Shown: in pieces, positions 20,278 to 30,835 of the stretch | How the letters are laid out: each line of letters opens with the position of its first letter | How positions within the stretch are numbered: the first letter of the stretch is position 1 | Assembly (NCBI GenBank): GCA_963749495.1 | Contig: CAVVMW010000012.1 | Coordinates: 384,001-448,000, forward strand | From: an uncultured bacterium | GTDB lineage: Bacteria; Verrucomicrobiota; Verrucomicrobiia; Limisphaerales; UBA8199 | Reading direction: 5' to 3' | Length of the DNA stretch: 64,000 bases | Position numbers and translations under genes: made by a program | The notes under the pieces: generated by a model | Database searches by the model: none | What the model saw: the letters and a program-made list of their open reading frames with translations, nothing else | What the model was told of the DNA's origin: nothing

Positions 20278-20367
20278 TCATCCCGTGAAGCAGCCCAACT
20301 CCCGTAACGAATGGAGTGCCTCGCCGACAATTACATGGTCGAGGATTTCGATTTGCAGTAGAATTCT
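20278..20367 (-). pseudogene. radC: C-terminal remnant of a RadC/JAB protein
   Basis: Manual translation ILLQIEILDHVIVGEALHSLRELGCFTG*. Confidence 0.7.
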
Positions 20368-20546
20368 TGACACATCTAGAGACAGATGGCATGACTTGGT
20401 CAATGCTCAAAAAGCTGCTGGAACCTAAAGGTGAAGTCCTGAACGGGAAACTTCAGCAGTCATCACGCCGTGGCTGCTGGACGAACCCTGCCACCACGGC
20501 GGCTTCTCCCTGATGGAAGTCCTAGTGCAGCAATAAAGCGATTGTT

Positions 20547-20789
20547 ATGAAAGGAAAGATTGGAACTGTAGTGGATGACGGTCTGTACCAGGACGTAAAA
20601 ATGCTGGCGGCGCAGCAGCGCCGCCGGATCGGCGACATCGTGCAGCACGCCCTGAGCGATTACGTGAAGCGCAGCAAGGGCGCGCGGCACGGGAAGGCGG
20701 GCCTGGCCAGGCTGCTGGAACGCGACCCGCTCAAAGTGACCGAGGAGCAGTTTCGCGAGGTCATGCAAATGGACTACTTCGACCAATGA
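20547..20789 (+). CDS. RHH-type antitoxin-like protein
   Basis: MKGKIGTVVDDGLYQDVKMLAAQQRRRIGDIVQHALSDYV; ATGA-coupled to a short MNLEDI stub. Confidence 0.7.
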   Translation: MKGKIGTVVDDGLYQDVKMLAAQQRRRIGDIVQHALSDYVKRSKGARHGKAGLARLLERDPLKVTEEQFREVMQMDYFDQ

Positions 20790-20896
20790 ATCTCGAGGAC
20801 ATCTCGTCATCGAGCTCCCGAAAGACTTGCGCCGGGGCGGGTGGTGGGCAATAATCATTCCGCGCCGGCCGATGGTAAGGGCCGGCGCAGGCGAAT

Positions 20897-21901
20897 ATGC
20901 CGATGATCCTCACGCCGGGGCAGTTTTCCAAACGGGCCCAATTGTATCAGCAGCTCGCCTCGCTGACTGCCGCCGGCTTGGGGCTGGTGTCGGCCCTGGA
21001 GACGCTGGAGCGGCGGCCCCCGGCCCGCTCGGACCGCCAGCGGCTGCAACGGGTGCTGCGGGAGCTGGCGGGAGGCTGCACACTCACTGAGTCGCTGCGG
21101 CGCCTGCACCCGCCCTGGCTGCCGGAGTTCGATGTCTCCCTGCTCCACGCCGGCGAGCAGAGCGGGCGGCTTGATGCCTGTTTCCGGCTGCTGGCAGATT
21201 ACTACGCCGACCGCGCGCACATCGCGCGGCAGTTGATTGCGGACCTGGCCTACCCTGCGTTCCTGTTTCATTTCGCGGTGTTCATCCTGCCCTTCTCGCA
21301 GTTTTTCCTCTCGGGCAATTGGGTGGCCTACCTGGGCCAGGTTGCCGTGGTGCTCGTGCCGATCTATGCCGGGGTGGCGCTGCTGGTGTATGCGGCTCAA
21401 AGCCGGCACGGCGAGCGGTGGCGGGGGCTGGTCGAGCAGGTGCTGCACCCCGTGCCGGTCCTGGGGGCGGCGCGGCGGGACCTGGCGCTGGGGCGTCTGG
21501 CCGCCTCGCTGGAGGCCCTGCTCAATGCCGGTGTGAGCGTCATCCAGGCCTGGGAACTGGCGGCGGCGGCCAGCGGCTCGCCCGCCCTGCGGCGCACGGT
21601 GCTGGCCTGGCGCCCGGACGTGGACGGCGGGCGCACGCCCGCCGAGGTCGTGACCGCCTCGGGGCAGTTTCCCACCCTCTTTGCCGACCAGTACGCGACG
21701 GGCGAAATCAGCGGGCAGCTCGATGACACTCTGCGCCGCCTGCACACCTACTACCAGGAGGAAGGCTCCAGGAAACTGCACACCCTGGCCCGCTGGTTGC
21801 CGCGCGCCGTGTACCTCGTGGTGGTGTTCCTCATCGCCTACTACATCGTCCGCTTTTGGACCGCCTACTTCAAGCAGTTGCAGAACATCGGGGGGTTCTG
21901 A
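20897..21901 (+). CDS. Type II secretion F / PilC family inner membrane protein
   Basis: AGEQSGRLD, LAYP and TGEISGQLDDTL duplicated GspF domains. Confidence 0.9.
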   Translation: MPMILTPGQFSKRAQLYQQLASLTAAGLGLVSALETLERRPPARSDRQRLQRVLRELAGGCTLTESLRRLHPPWLPEFDVSLLHAGEQSGRLDACFRLLADYYADRAHIARQLIADLAYPAFLFHFAVFILPFSQFFLSGNWVAYLGQVAVVLVPIYAGVALLVYAAQSRHGERWRGLVEQVLHPVPVLGAARRDLALGRLAASLEALLNAGVSVIQAWELAAAASGSPALRRTVLAWRPDVDGGRTPAEVVTASGQFPTLFADQYATGEISGQLDDTLRRLHTYYQEEGSRKLHTLARWLPRAVYLVVVFLIAYYIVRFWTAYFKQLQNIGGF

Positions 21902-21913
21902 GGGACGAGGGGC

Positions 21914-21951
21914 GAATGACGAATGACGAATGACGAATGACGAATGACGAA
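21914..21951. repeat. (GAATGAC)n heptamer array
   Basis: About five tandem copies; another array at 24797-24835. Confidence 0.9.
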
Positions 21952-22045
21952 GGACCAATCGCGGATGAGAATTGGGCCGGGCGCATCCGAATCTGGAGGG
22001 CGAACCCTCGCCTCCGCCCCTCGCCCCTCGTCCCTCGCCCCTCGC

Positions 22046-23104
22046 TCAGATTCTCCTGCCCTGGGTTCGGGCCTCGTTGATCTGGTCGCGGCTGCGGCGG
22101 CGGTAGTCCCGCAACGGCTCGATTTGGTACTCTTTGCAGAGGGCCCTCACTTGGACGCCCCCCCGGACGGCCCGCAGCAGGTACCAGCCTTCCATGTCGA
22201 AATCGCATTCCAGTTCCACTTCGCCGCGGTGTTCCTTGAGCAGCCGCGCCACTTTCTCGGCGTGAAAGTCCTTGTGGACGAGCGTCCGGTCCAGGTCGAA
22301 GGTGGCGACGAACTGGCCGGGGCGGGGTTGGGCGGGGTGGTCGAGCGCCTTGCCAGTGCAATCGATGAGGTTGCCGCGTCCGACGGGCACGATGTAGAAA
22401 CTGTGGACCAGGGCATGGCCGTAGAGGGGCGCGCCGCCGCCATAGGCGCTGGGCCAAAACACGATCTCGGCGCCCAAGTCGTCCGCCTGTTGCCACAGCT
22501 CGGGAAAGTTCACATCGAAACAGGTCAGAATGCTGATCCGGCCAAAGTCCGTGTCGAACACCTTGACGCCCTCCCGGCTCACGTGGAGGCCCTCGCCCCA
22601 AAAGACAAACACCTTGCGATAATAACCCGCTACTTTCCCGTTGCGATCCAGCAGGACCGCCGTGTTGTACTGTTCCGCGCCGGCCTGCTCGCGTATCGGG
22701 CACACCACGTACATTTTATGCCGCGCGGCCAACTTGGCCACCGCCTCGACCGTGGGCCCGGAAATGGGCTCGGCCGACGTGCCGGCGAACTCCTCCGGCA
22801 GGCAGGCGATGTCCACACCCTCCCGTCCGGCGGTCTCCAGGTGTTCGAGCGCCAGCTTCAACTTCGCGTCATGGTCACCGCCAAATCCTATGCAGATGGC
22901 CGAAACCTTCACCGGCCGCCCGGGCTGCCGCTGCCTGCCCGCGGCCTGGGGGCCGGGCGAGGCGGCCGGGGCAGCCTCAGGCTGCGAAGTGGCGGTTTGT
23001 TTCGGCGGTTGGCCCTGGCCCGCTGCAGGCGGCGCTCCGCCCGCCAGCGCCAGCGCCATCACCGCCACTGCCAACCGAGCCGAGCCAAGCCGCGTCGTTT
23101 TCAT
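22046..23104 (-). CDS. Secreted carbon-nitrogen hydrolase (nitrilase superfamily)
   Basis: Signal peptide; LPEE, YRKV and TCFD (E-K-C triad). Confidence 0.9.
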   Translation of the reverse strand: MKTTRLGSARLAVAVMALALAGGAPPAAGQGQPPKQTATSQPEAAPAASPGPQAAGRQRQPGRPVKVSAICIGFGGDHDAKLKLALEHLETAGREGVDIACLPEEFAGTSAEPISGPTVEAVAKLAARHKMYVVCPIREQAGAEQYNTAVLLDRNGKVAGYYRKVFVFWGEGLHVSREGVKVFDTDFGRISILTCFDVNFPELWQQADDLGAEIVFWPSAYGGGAPLYGHALVHSFYIVPVGRGNLIDCTGKALDHPAQPRPGQFVATFDLDRTLVHKDFHAEKVARLLKEHRGEVELECDFDMEGWYLLRAVRGGVQVRALCKEYQIEPLRDYRRRSRDQINEARTQGRRI

Positions 23105-23194
23105 AGTCCAAGGAAAAGGAATTGTTTCTGCGCCCACTTTGGCACCTCTTGAGCGGGCCAGCAAGGGAGGATTTGCGTGCAGTGGACGCATGAA

Positions 23195-23680
23195 TCAGGT
23201 TCGGCGTTTGAGGGAAGAGGCAAGCTGCTTTTCCGCCGCGCTTAGCGCAGGATAGACCTCGATGCCTTCGGCGGCAGCCATCGCTCTAGCCGTAGCATCG
23301 AACGATAGGAAGCGTGTTCCCCCAGCCAACTTGACCGAGGCGACAATGGCGGCGTCGAAAGTCCCGACAGCGGCCTTCCAGGCGTACTTGGAGAAAAGGG
23401 CATTACATTCCCGCCGCAGGAGATCCCAGTTCATTGCGTCCACGTAAAGCCGTCCGTCGAAATCCGCCTCCAGCTTCCGCCATTCGGGCGGCTCGCCCTC
23501 CCCGGTGACCCGCGAAAAAATGTTGCGCGCTTCCAGCAAGACAACGTGCGAGACAATGAGTTGCCCGCCATGGCGGCGCATAAAGCGTTCCACAATCTCC
23601 CTGCGCCTCACAGCCTCGGCGTCGCCAGGCCCAGGCTCGATGTAAGCCGCAGCCAGCCAGTTGGTGTCCGCGAAATTCAC
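23195..23680 (-). CDS. PIN-domain (VapC-like) toxin
   Basis: FADTNWL, E, FDAAIVASV and FLSFD acidic PIN residues. Confidence 0.85.
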   Translation of the reverse strand: MNFADTNWLAAAYIEPGPGDAEAVRRREIVERFMRRHGGQLIVSHVVLLEARNIFSRVTGEGEPPEWRKLEADFDGRLYVDAMNWDLLRRECNALFSKYAWKAAVGTFDAAIVASVKLAGGTRFLSFDATARAMAAAEGIEVYPALSAAEKQLASSLKRRT

Positions 23681-23883
23681 CGTTCGCGGCGCTCGACCTT
23701 GCCGGTAAGCTGGAATTTCCTGCCTGAGGATGGCCGATCAAAGTGTTCGTTCCAATCCGCTCTGCGGGGACCCAGGGCGTCCTCGATGAGCTTATTGAGC
23801 CAAGCGTTGACGTTAGGTTTGGCCTTGGTCTGAACCTCCGCCTTGGGCCGTCGCAATCGTATCGTAATGGTGTTCGATGTCAC
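23677..23883 (-). CDS. Antitoxin partner (RHH-like)
   Basis: Small ORF with GTGA overlap with the PIN gene and its own -35/-10 promoter. Confidence 0.7.
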   Translation of the reverse strand: MTSNTITIRLRRPKAEVQTKAKPNVNAWLNKLIEDALGPRRADWNEHFDRPSSGRKFQLTGKVERRER

Positions 23884-24746
23884 ACAGCATTTGTATCACG
23901 TCCTCTCCACGGGTGCAAGGCCTGCCGGCATTGTGGGTCGTGCCGTTTGCCGCGCCAGGACATATTGAGCACCCAGTGGCGGCCGGCCCGGCGGCTGGTG
24001 GCGATGGCCTGGGTGATGTAGTGCTTGGCGCGGCAGACGGCGCGGGGCAGGGGCAGGCCGCGGGCCAGGAAACCGGCGATGGCGGCCGAATAGACACAGC
24101 CGGTGCCGTGGGTGCGGACGCCGCGAATGAACGGGGCGCTCAAGAGCAGTTCCTGCCGGCCGTCATAGAAAATGTCCGCCGCTTCGCGCAGGCGGCGCAG
24201 GTGCCCGCCTTTGACCAGGGCGGCGCAGCCGAACCGGCGGTGCAGGTCGCGGGCGGCCTCGCGCAGGTCCTGGACCGAGTCGAGCTTGCGGCCGGTCAGC
24301 AACTGCGCCTCGGGCACGTTGGGCGTGACCAGGCTGGCCAGAGGCAGAAGTTCGGCCAGCAGCGCCTTGAGGGCGCCGGGCTCGAGCAATGGCGTACCGC
24401 TGGTCGAGACCAGGACCGGGTCCACTACAAGCAGCGGCCCCCCTCGGCCGGCCAGGAAGGCAGCCACGGCGTGGATGATAGCGGCGGAATAGAGCATGCC
24501 GGTTTTCACCGCTGCGGGGGGTAACTCGTCGAAGACGGCCTCGAGCTGGCCTTGCAGCAGTTGGACACTGCAGGGCTGGATGCCGCGGACGCCCCTCGGG
24601 TTTTGGGCGGTGATGCAGGTCAGGGCGCTGGTCCCGTGCACGCCCAAGGACGCGAAGGTCTTGAGGTCGGCCTGGATGCCCGCGCCCCCGCCGCTGTCCG
24701 AGCCGGCTATCGTCAGGGCGATGGGCATGTGCGCGCGAGTTGACAC
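23880..24746 (-). CDS. thiD: Hydroxymethylpyrimidine/phosphomethylpyrimidine kinase
   Basis: [32 protein letters not shown] and THGTGC motifs; start GTG 24746 or ATG 24728. Confidence 0.95.
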   Translation of the reverse strand: MSTRAHMPIALTIAGSDSGGGAGIQADLKTFASLGVHGTSALTCITAQNPRGVRGIQPCSVQLLQGQLEAVFDELPPAAVKTGMLYSAAIIHAVAAFLAGRGGPLLVVDPVLVSTSGTPLLEPGALKALLAELLPLASLVTPNVPEAQLLTGRKLDSVQDLREAARDLHRRFGCAALVKGGHLRRLREAADIFYDGRQELLLSAPFIRGVRTHGTGCVYSAAIAGFLARGLPLPRAVCRAKHYITQAIATSRRAGRHWVLNMSWRGKRHDPQCRQALHPWRGRDTNAV

Positions 24747-24796
24747 ACCGCAAGCATAGGCGCGGCGGGAGTCTGGGACAAGGGGGGCAGAGGGCG

Positions 24797-24868
24797 GAAT
24801 GACGAATGACGAATGACGAATGACGAATGACGAATGGACCGAATGCGGAGTGCGGAGTGCGGAGTGCT
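24797..24868. repeat. (GAATGAC)n followed by (GCGGAGT)n heptamer arrays
   Basis: Read directly. Confidence 0.9.
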
Positions 24869-25049
24869 CCGGTGGGGATGTTGGGTCTGGATGGCGGTGC
24901 GGGTGGCCCCGGCCGGCGATGCGGGCGAGGAAGAGCAAGGGCAACAGCGCCGGCAAGGACTCCGGCGCTCCCAGTGAAGTAGCCCGGAGGCTGCTCGGGT
25001 CCGAGGGGCGCATTTCACCTTTGTCGGCCCCCGGCAAGCCGGGCAATTG

Positions 25050-25163
25050 GAGCGCGGCGTCGGGAAGCCCGCAAGGTTTTGGACTGCGCCAGTCCTCTGG
25101 CGCTTTCGCGTCCCCAGGGTCCCAAGAGCGGCAGAGGACTGCCGCAGTCCAAAACGCTTCGCG
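25050..25163. repeat. REP-like palindrome
   Basis: TTTTGGACTGCGCCAGTCCTCTG...CAGAGGACTGCCGCAGTCCAAAA. Confidence 0.8.
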
Positions 25164-25294
25164 AGCTCGGACGCGCGCTCCCATCGCTCGGTTCGGCCGG
25201 GCTCGACAAAGATGAGATGCGCCCGGGTCGCCTCGGGTCCATTCCCTATTGCGCGCCGCCGCCGCCGCGCTATAGTCGAGCCAAGAGATTGAAT

Positions 25295-25888
25295 ATGACT
25301 ATCGGTGGCCCTGTCAGGTCTGCGGCGCTCCCACTCCTGGCCGCGCTGGGCGCGGCGGTGCTTTGCGGTTGCGCGCGCTTCGATTACCGGCTGGTCGAAC
25401 CGGCCTCGGCCGCGACCCGCATCGGCAAAGAGCCCGTCACTGTGCCGTATCCCCCGCTTGAATACAGCCTCGCCAGCAGGGGCGATCGCCTGGTCATGCG
25501 CGTCATCAACCCGACCGGCCAATCAGTCACGCTCCTGCCTGGCCGGAGTTATGTCGTTGACCCGCGCGGCGAATCCCACCCGGTTCGCGGCCAGGCGCTC
25601 GGGCCGCACAGCCACATAGCCCTGTTCTTGCCGCCCCTCCCGCGCCGCGTCATCGGCTACGCCTACACGCCTTATTGGGGTTATGGGCCCCTGGACATGG
25701 GAGGCTATCCCTTTTGGGGGGCCTACGAGTGGCCCTACCCGTCAGCCTACTCCTACTCTTACCAGCTCCATACCCCGTACGAGTGGCGCTGGAGGACAGG
25801 CCCTGTCCGCCTTCACCTCGGCTACCAGAGTGCCGGCAAGGGCTTCGATCAGGACCTGGTCTTCGACCGCGAACAGGTGAAACGGTGA
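25295..25888 (+). CDS. Hypothetical lipoprotein
   Basis: Hydrophobic leader with VLCGC lipobox; Tyr/Gly-rich insert. Confidence 0.7.
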   Translation: MTIGGPVRSAALPLLAALGAAVLCGCARFDYRLVEPASAATRIGKEPVTVPYPPLEYSLASRGDRLVMRVINPTGQSVTLLPGRSYVVDPRGESHPVRGQALGPHSHIALFLPPLPRRVIGYAYTPYWGYGPLDMGGYPFWGAYEWPYPSAYSYSYQLHTPYEWRWRTGPVRLHLGYQSAGKGFDQDLVFDREQVKR

Positions 25889-25899
25889 GGCAATAGCCC

Positions 25900-25988
25900 G
25901 TCGCAACCTTTGTCCCAGACTTTGTTGCAGCCTTTGTTGATTTGGCCAAGTCTCGACAAAGGCTGCGACGAAGGCTGCGACAAAGGTC
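25900..25988. repeat. Inverted arrays of 12-mers (CGACAAAGGCTG-like) between convergent genes
   Basis: CTTTGTTGCAGC-type units facing CGACAAAGGCTG-type units. Confidence 0.75.
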
Positions 25989-26014
25989 CGGAACCGGAGT
26001 CTGGGCACCGCCTC

Positions 26015-28213
26015 CTACTGCGCCGCCTCGGTGCGGTAGAACTCGGAGGGCGGGGGATTGGTTTGCGCCGACTGGAGATAGATCAGAGTGCCACTGTTGT
26101 CCGTGAACAGGAGCATCGGCCCCTGGGTCCAGGTGGACAAATCAGTGCTCGAGTCAAGGAAGAAGTCCTGATCCAACGAGCCGGTGAACAGGAAGAGGCC
26201 TTGTCCGTCGGAGAGTTTGTAGTTGGCGATTGGGACGGGTGTGGACGGGGAGATGACCTGGCTGCGAAGGATGACGCCATCGGCGCCGACAACGACCAAT
26301 TGGCCCTGGTCGTGGGCCAGGCCGTAGAGGGACCTGTAAGTGAGGGTGGGGAAGCTGGTCCAATTGGTCAGGTCGGGGCTGCCCAGGACGGTGCCATGAT
26401 TGCCGGCGACGAACCAGGTGCCGGCGAGGAAGTCGGCGGCGTTGAGCCAGTTGGTGGTGCCGCTGCTGCGGGCGGTCCAGTTGGTGGCGTCAAAGCTGGT
26501 CAGGATCGTGCCGTTGTTGCCCACGGCCAGGAGCGCGCCGTTGAGGTAGGCGACTTGCGAGAGCCAGTTGGTGGTGACCTGCTTGAGCGTCCAGTTTACG
26601 CGATTGGTGCTGGTCAGGATCGTCCCCTTGTCGCCCACGACAACCAGGCGATTGGGAAAGCGGGTGATGCTGGTCAGGAAGACCGTCGTGGAGGTCGAGC
26701 GCTTGGTCCAGGCCGCCCCATCGGCGCTGGTCAGGAGCGTCCCATGGTCGCCGCACAGGATGAACTGGGCGCCATCGAAGAAGACGCCTTGGAGGTCGTA
26801 GGTGGTCGGCGCGGTGAGTTGGTTCCAGAGAAAGGCGTTGGTGGCCCAGAGGACCGTGCCCTGGGTGCCGACGGCCAGGAGCAGGTTGGTGCTGCCGCCA
26901 ACCCCCAGGAGGACCGAATTGGTCACCGTGGGCGGCACCAACTCGACTGCCCAGGCATAGGCATCCGGGCTGCTGAGAACAGTGCCGTAATTGCCGACCG
27001 CGATGTAGCTGTGCGGTGTGCGCGTGACCGCCCAGAGCCAGGAGCGCACCGGAAAATCGGGCAGCCACCAGGAAGTGGCGCTGTTGGTCCGGGCGCCGAC
27101 GGCCGTGAGGCCCGCGCTGCCGGATACGATGTAGGCATTGGTGCTGTTGGTGCTCCAGGCGGACGTGTAGTAGGTCCAGGCAGGGGCGGGCGATGCCAGG
27201 GCGGGGGAGAGTTCATTGGACCAGTTGGCCGATTCCTTGAGCCGCAGTTCGGAATCGCCGGCGACCAGAGAGGCATTCGTGTGGCCGGTGATGGTGTAGA
27301 GCGCATTGGTCGCCCCGGTAGCGACGCTTTGCCAGGCAGTGCCGTTGGAGCTGGTGAGCGTCACGCCGCCCTGGCCGACGGCGAGGAACTGGTTGCCGAG
27401 CCAGGCCACCCAATTCAGGCTGGCGCTCGTCTTGCTGTTGGCGGTCTTCCAGGTTGAACCATCGGCGCTCGTGGCGATGAAACCGCTGTCCCCAACCGTC
27501 ACGAAGGTGCGCGCGCCCCCGAAAGCCACTCCGGCCAGCCAGTTGCTGAACGTCACCGGAGCGCGCGCCCAGGAAACGCCCTCGGCGCTCGTGTAGATGG
27601 CGCCGTGGTCTCCCACTGCAACCACGAGGTTGGTCGAGGCGGCCACCGACTCCAGCCAATTGGAGGTCTGCAAGTCCACGACGTAGAAGCTGGAGAGGTC
27701 GTCCGAGAAGAGCACCGTCCCGGCCTCGCCCACGATGATGCATCGCCCGCCCAGGAAGGTGACGGCGCGCAACGAAGCCGTCGTGTGGCTCTGCTGCGGC
27801 GTCCACGACAGAAGGTCGTCGCTGGTGAAGATCTGGCCCTGTTCCGCCACCTGGATATACGTGCCCGCGCTGCGGGCCAGACCATAGACCTCGGCCCCGT
27901 GCGGCGTGGGATTGGCCCAGTGCCAATCGGGCGGCAGGTCGACCGCGGCCCGCGCAGCGGCTGCAAGGCCCAGGCCCAGGACCAGGACCATTCCCCAAGC
28001 CCCGGCATACCGCCCGCCGGCAACGGCCCATCTCTCGATGGCCGTTGACAAAGTCGTAGCGCAGGTTTCCAAACCTGCGCTACGGTGGCGCCCCTGGCGC
28101 ACAGGCGCGCCGAGCGCCTTTGTCAATGGCCCCGCCCATCTCTGCCATCGCTGCCCCGTGTCACTGCCCTCGCGTCCCTTATGTCGCTTTTGTCCCTTTT
28201 GTCCCTTCTTCAT
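26015..28213 (-). CDS. Secreted BNR/WD40-like beta-propeller repeat protein with FYR C-terminal domain
   Basis: Many VAVGxxGTILTSxDxxxW repeats; ATG 28213 overlaps the kinase stop; start uncertain. Confidence 0.85.
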   Translation of the reverse strand: MKKGQKGQKRHKGREGSDTGQRWQRWAGPLTKALGAPVRQGRHRSAGLETCATTLSTAIERWAVAGGRYAGAWGMVLVLGLGLAAAARAAVDLPPDWHWANPTPHGAEVYGLARSAGTYIQVAEQGQIFTSDDLLSWTPQQSHTTASLRAVTFLGGRCIIVGEAGTVLFSDDLSSFYVVDLQTSNWLESVAASTNLVVAVGDHGAIYTSAEGVSWARAPVTFSNWLAGVAFGGARTFVTVGDSGFIATSADGSTWKTANSKTSASLNWVAWLGNQFLAVGQGGVTLTSSNGTAWQSVATGATNALYTITGHTNASLVAGDSELRLKESANWSNELSPALASPAPAWTYYTSAWSTNSTNAYIVSGSAGLTAVGARTNSATSWWLPDFPVRSWLWAVTRTPHSYIAVGNYGTVLSSPDAYAWAVELVPPTVTNSVLLGVGGSTNLLLAVGTQGTVLWATNAFLWNQLTAPTTYDLQGVFFDGAQFILCGDHGTLLTSADGAAWTKRSTSTTVFLTSITRFPNRLVVVGDKGTILTSTNRVNWTLKQVTTNWLSQVAYLNGALLAVGNNGTILTSFDATNWTARSSGTTNWLNAADFLAGTWFVAGNHGTVLGSPDLTNWTSFPTLTYRSLYGLAHDQGQLVVVGADGVILRSQVISPSTPVPIANYKLSDGQGLFLFTGSLDQDFFLDSSTDLSTWTQGPMLLFTDNSGTLIYLQSAQTNPPPSEFYRTEAAQ

Positions 28214-29655
28214 GGCGTGGCGGCCGCGGCTGCCAGCGCGGGCGACTCCTGCGGCGGGTGCGAGGCGAGCATCGCAGCCGGGAGCGTCAGCGCCATGACG
28301 CACCCGCCGGGGCCGTTGCGCTTTAGTTCCAGGCTGGCCGAGATATGATCGGCGAGTTGTTTGCTGATGGCCAGGCCCAAACCCGCGCCCCCTTTGGTCG
28401 AACGGCACGGCACAAACAGCTTCTTCAGGGCCGCCTCCGCAAAACCGGGGCCTTCGTCGGCGATCTCGCACACGACGCCGCCGGCACGCTGGAAGAATAA
28501 GGCCCGAACGGCCTTGCCTCGGGGCGTAACCTGCAAAGCATTGGAGACGAGATTCTCCAGAATCAGGAGGACCACATTGGCATGGTGGTTCGAGAGCCGG
28601 CCCCGGGCTAAAACCCGGGCCTCCCACCGCACGCCGGAGTCCTGGGCGGCGGGGCGGACCTTGGCCTCGAGCACGCCGGCCATTTCCCGGATCGTAATCT
28701 CGTAGTATTCGCGCGGGTCCTGTTCCCCCAGCACCCGAACGACTTCGTGCACCAAGTCCTGCATCCGGCGGGTGGCGGCCAGGGCGTGCTCCCAATCGCT
28801 GTCGCCAGGATGGTCGTCGCCCTGGGCGTGCAGGAAGAGCTGCAGCGCGGCCAGCGGATTGCTCAAGCCGTGGATGAGGTGGGCGGTGACGGCGCCCAGG
28901 GCGGTGGTTTTTGCGGCCAGGGTCAGTTCGTGGTTGGCGCGCAGCAGGCGCTCGGTCCGCTCGTGCAGGAGGTGGTTGGCCCGCTCGAGACGGCGGTAGG
29001 CCCAGAGCAGCATTCCGGCCAGCAGCGCACTGCCAGAGAGGAAGACGGCCCAGGCCTCCAGACTGAGTTGGCGGTCGAGGGCAGCCGCCTTGAGGGCCAG
29101 GTCGTGGCCGTCCAGCAGGAGCTGGGCGCTGGCCAGCAACCGGCCTTGGCCGGGGGCATGGATGGGGATATTGACCTCGAGCAACGGCACGGTATTGCTC
29201 GAGGCCGTGGCGGCTGAAGGGTCCATGAGGAAGAAATCCGCCAGGTCCGCCCGATTGAAGTAGCGGCTCAGGGGCCGGAGTTGGTCCAGGGCGGCGCGCG
29301 CGACAAGCTCGAGGCTAGCTTCCCTAACATAAGGGGGAAAGGCAGTGACGAACCGTCCGTCGGCGTCATAAAGGCGAACACCGAGGACGTTGCTCTTTAC
29401 CCCTGAGATCTGCAGGGCCAGCGCGAGTTGTTCGGCCGGCGACTGCAGCCTCTCAGCCAGGTTTGTGGCCGGGCTGTTGATTAATTGGGCCTGGGCGACG
29501 GCATAGCGGATTTCGCCGTCCTGGTCTATCAGTTGGGTGCGGACGACGCGCTGGAGATGCCGGTGGCCCGCCAGGACCGCCCCGCCCAGAACCCCCAGAG
29601 CGAGCACGAGCACGAGCGTTGGCAATGTTCGTGGGCCGAACAGACTCCGCGCCAT
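28210..29655 (-). CDS. Membrane sensor histidine kinase
   Basis: Two TMs; HLIHGLSNPL, NLVSNA, DEGPG and GAGLGL boxes. Confidence 0.9.
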   Translation of the reverse strand: MARSLFGPRTLPTLVLVLALGVLGGAVLAGHRHLQRVVRTQLIDQDGEIRYAVAQAQLINSPATNLAERLQSPAEQLALALQISGVKSNVLGVRLYDADGRFVTAFPPYVREASLELVARAALDQLRPLSRYFNRADLADFFLMDPSAATASSNTVPLLEVNIPIHAPGQGRLLASAQLLLDGHDLALKAAALDRQLSLEAWAVFLSGSALLAGMLLWAYRRLERANHLLHERTERLLRANHELTLAAKTTALGAVTAHLIHGLSNPLAALQLFLHAQGDDHPGDSDWEHALAATRRMQDLVHEVVRVLGEQDPREYYEITIREMAGVLEAKVRPAAQDSGVRWEARVLARGRLSNHHANVVLLILENLVSNALQVTPRGKAVRALFFQRAGGVVCEIADEGPGFAEAALKKLFVPCRSTKGGAGLGLAISKQLADHISASLELKRNGPGGCVMALTLPAAMLASHPPQESPALAAAAATP

Positions 29656-29662
29656 AACAAGG

Positions 29663-30800
29663 CTAAAACTGCAATTCTACGCCGACACTGAAGGTATGCG
29701 CGGAGTAATCATCGATGTCAAGGTTCGAATAGGAGCGGTCGAAGTTGTAGTTGGCCTGGAGTTTCAGGACCTTTGTGGCCTTCCATTCGGCGCGCGCATT
29801 GGCCCCCAGCCAGGTCTTGGTGCGATGAGGCCCGCCGGCAATGGCGACGGTTTGCACCGGGAAATCGTAGGCCGCCCCGCCCACCGAGGCGCTGAACATC
29901 CAGCGCCCCGCCCGGTATTCCACCTTCGGCGAGAGAGAATAACAGTCAGCATCGAAATAACCCGAGCTGTTGTCCTGGTCGGAAGCGAATCCGGCAGTCA
30001 GAGTGGTGTGCCATCGGCCGGACTGGTCCCAGCCGTGGCGCCAGGCCAATTGAACGGCCTGCGACATCATGGCAAGCGAGCTGTTCGTGAGCGCGTTTCC
30101 TTGCCGGTCGAAGTCCATCCGGTGATCATAATAGAACCTGGTCCACTGGCAACTGAGGGTCAGGTCGTCTTGCTTGCCTAGATGGCGGCCGAGCGTGAGC
30201 TTGGGGCCAAATTGCCAGTAGCTGTCCAGCGGGGACTGGAGCAACTGCCGCGTCCCCGTCATCTCGGCCTCCGCCCAGCCCGGGCCGTATTGCCCACGCA
30301 CCGAGGAGCGGCCCGTGAAGGTGTGGCCCAAGACTCGCCCGGCCCCGGGTTGCTCCGGCTCGATGGCGCTCAGGTCCATCACCTGGTCCTGGTAGGCGTA
30401 GTTCGCGCCCAGGGCGGCGGTCCAATGCTGCCCGAAGGTGCGGCTCAACTGCGCCACCCCGAACACGGTCTGCTCGTCGCTGGCTATGCTCCCGCCGAAA
30501 TAGTGGATATAATCCCCCGCGACCATGCCGTTGAAGAGCCAGTTCCCGCTGGGCAGCCGGAAGACCAGGACATCGCCGCCCCCATCCCAAAACGCGGAGC
30601 CCTGCCGATTGGTATGGCTGAGCAGGACGTTGTCCTTGTAGCCCAGCGCGTTGCGCACATCCAGACCGTAGTTCCAAAGGTGGATCTTGAACGCGTTGGT
30701 CAGGTCCTCCAGCGAGGGTTGTTGGCTGGGCGAAGCCAAGGCGCCGGCAGCAAGCAGCAGCAGCGCGGCGATGGCCACCAAGAGGATTTGCCGGGAATAG
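29663..30800 (-). CDS. Outer membrane beta-barrel protein (start uncertain, frame open to 31282)
   Basis: Signal-like LLVAIAALLLLAAGALA, alternating beta strands, C-terminal SVGVELQF. Confidence 0.75.
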
Positions 30801-30835
30801 AACGCCGAATAGCCCCTCTTGCCTCCGGCCCATCC

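Noticed and set aside
20495..20536. GFSLMEVLV prepilin-like motif near the gspF/pilC gene
   Set aside because: No start codon in frame and a stop three codons later; chance or an unprovable remnant.
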